From positions 70,060 through 134,059 of the forward strand of contig DATMAN010000031.1 of assembly GCA_035560005.1 (NCBI GenBank): a stretch of 64,000 bases of DNA, in the 5' to 3' direction. Each line of letters starts with the position of its first letter. Position 1 is the stretch's first letter. Source of the stretch: Burkholderiales bacterium. Its GTDB lineage: Bacteria; Pseudomonadota; Gammaproteobacteria; Burkholderiales; Eutrophovitaceae. Made by a program: the position numbers and the translations under genes. Below are positions 63,136 through 64,000 of the stretch, piece after piece. Below the pieces are notes generated by a model. The model made no database searches, was not told the DNA's origin, and saw only the letters and a program-made list of their open reading frames with translations.

Positions 63136-64000
63136 GTGCTTCCGCAATCGCAATCCTACGAAGACCTCTGCGCGCGGTTCCGCTGGAGTGTGCCGCAGTT
63201 CTACAACATCGCCGCCGACATCTGCGACAAGTGGGCCGACGGACGCGGCCGGCTCGCGCTCGTTCACCAGCGGCGCGACGGCGGGGTCGAGCGCTTCACC
63301 TTCGACGACATCCAGCGCCTGTCCAATCGCGCCGCAAACCTGTTCGCGGCGCACGGGCTGCGCGCCGGTGATCGGGTCGGCATCCTGCTGGCGCAGGAAC
63401 CGCAGAGCGCGATCGCCCACCTCGCCACGTACAAGATCGGCGCGATCGCGGTTCCACTGTTCGTGCTGTTCGGCACCGACGCGCTCCAGTACCGACTGGC
63501 CGACTGCGGCGCGAAGCTGCTTGTCACCGACTCCGCGGGCGCGGAAAAGATCGAGCGTATTCGCCACGCGCTGCCGGAATTACAGACGCTGTTCTGCATC
63601 GACGGGCAGCCGCCGGGCTGCGAGGACTTCACGCGATCGCTCGCGCGGGCCTCGGACCGGTTTACGACGCTGAAGACACAGGCCGACGATCCGGCGCTCA
63701 TCATCTACACCTCGGGCACCACCGGAAACCCGAAGGGCGCGCTGCACGCCCACCGCACGCTGCTCGGCCATCTGCCCGGGGTCGAGATGTCTCACAATTT
63801 CCTGGGGCGCGACGGCGACTCGATGTGGACGCCGGCCGACTGGGCCTGGATCGGCGGGTTGATCGACGTGCTGTTCCCGGCCTGGCACCATGGGCTGGCG
63901 GTGGTCGCCCATCGCTTCGAAAAATTCGATCCGGAAGCGGCGGCCGATCTGATGGCGCGCCATCGAGTGCGCAACGTGTTCCTGCCGCCCACGGCGCTCA
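63136..64000 (+). CDS. AMP-dependent acyl-CoA synthetase, partial; the 3' end lies outside the window
   Basis: Absent from the ORF track because there is no stop in the window. GTG 63136 with GGAG 6 nt upstream. ..FTFDDIQRLSNRAANLF..LIIYTSGTTGNPKGALHAHR.. Confidence 0.85.
   Translation, partial: MLPQSQSYEDLCARFRWSVPQFYNIAADICDKWADGRGRLALVHQRRDGGVERFTFDDIQRLSNRAANLFAAHGLRAGDRVGILLAQEPQSAIAHLATYKIGAIAVPLFVLFGTDALQYRLADCGAKLLVTDSAGAEKIERIRHALPELQTLFCIDGQPPGCEDFTRSLARASDRFTTLKTQADDPALIIYTSGTTGNPKGALHAHRTLLGHLPGVEMSHNFLGRDGDSMWTPADWAWIGGLIDVLFPAWHHGLAVVAHRFEKFDPEAAADLMARHRVRNVFLPPTAL

Noticed and set aside
1-64000. Scan for CRISPR arrays, rRNA or tRNA genes, IS elements or transposases, integrases, reverse transcriptases and toxin-antitoxin pairs
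   Set aside because: I recognised none by eye in intergenic regions or translations. tRNAscan, Infernal and ISfinder-type searches would be needed to exclude small RNAs or degraded elements.

Overview
High-G+C (about 65-70% by hand counts) proteobacterial-type chromosomal segment. It is densely coded and mostly metabolic or housekeeping. I support about 60 CDS. I recognised no rRNA, tRNA, CRISPR array, transposase or integrase.

Main gene content, in window order:
- ECF sigma / ZAS anti-sigma pair, split transketolase and an OmpA-like protein.
- A lower-G+C patch (4380-8487) with a MalT-like STAND ATPase that ends in wHTH+BTAD, preceded by two coupled small or secreted ORFs.
- A LivJGFHM-type ABC importer with a 138-bp inverted-repeat element inside the operon.
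- A GntR / mandelate-racemase pair, then a Tat-Rieske plus PQQ-dehydrogenase pair.
- An MFS / acyl-CoA ligase / ThDP-enzyme cluster.
- nadX, an aldo-keto reductase, ada-alkB, YceI and a four-gene catabolic-looking cluster on the minus strand.
- A cspA-family gene with a clear promoter and terminator.
- A PDZ protein with a trypsin fold that has lost all three catalytic residues.
- An MHYT-GGDEF cyclase, an S41 protease, transaldolase and oxyR-ahpCD.
- An ABC exporter, maeB, putA, a YbaK-like editing domain, a Cys-rich repeat protein and a partial acyl-CoA synthetase.

Most interesting observations:
1. The Rieske + PQQ-dehydrogenase cassette lies exactly between decayed 5' remnants of a second GntR/racemase pair, each remnant keeping its own end. 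This is a replacement scar.
2. That PQQ enzyme carries the lanthanide-type D-x-D motif, lacks the vicinal Cys-Cys, and is paired with a Tat-exported Rieske protein instead of a cytochrome c.
3. The low-G+C STAND-BTAD locus.
4. The triad-less protease homologue.
5. A 44-bp in-frame direct repeat of the putA 3' end.

All functional calls come from reading motifs in the translations. No database search was run.
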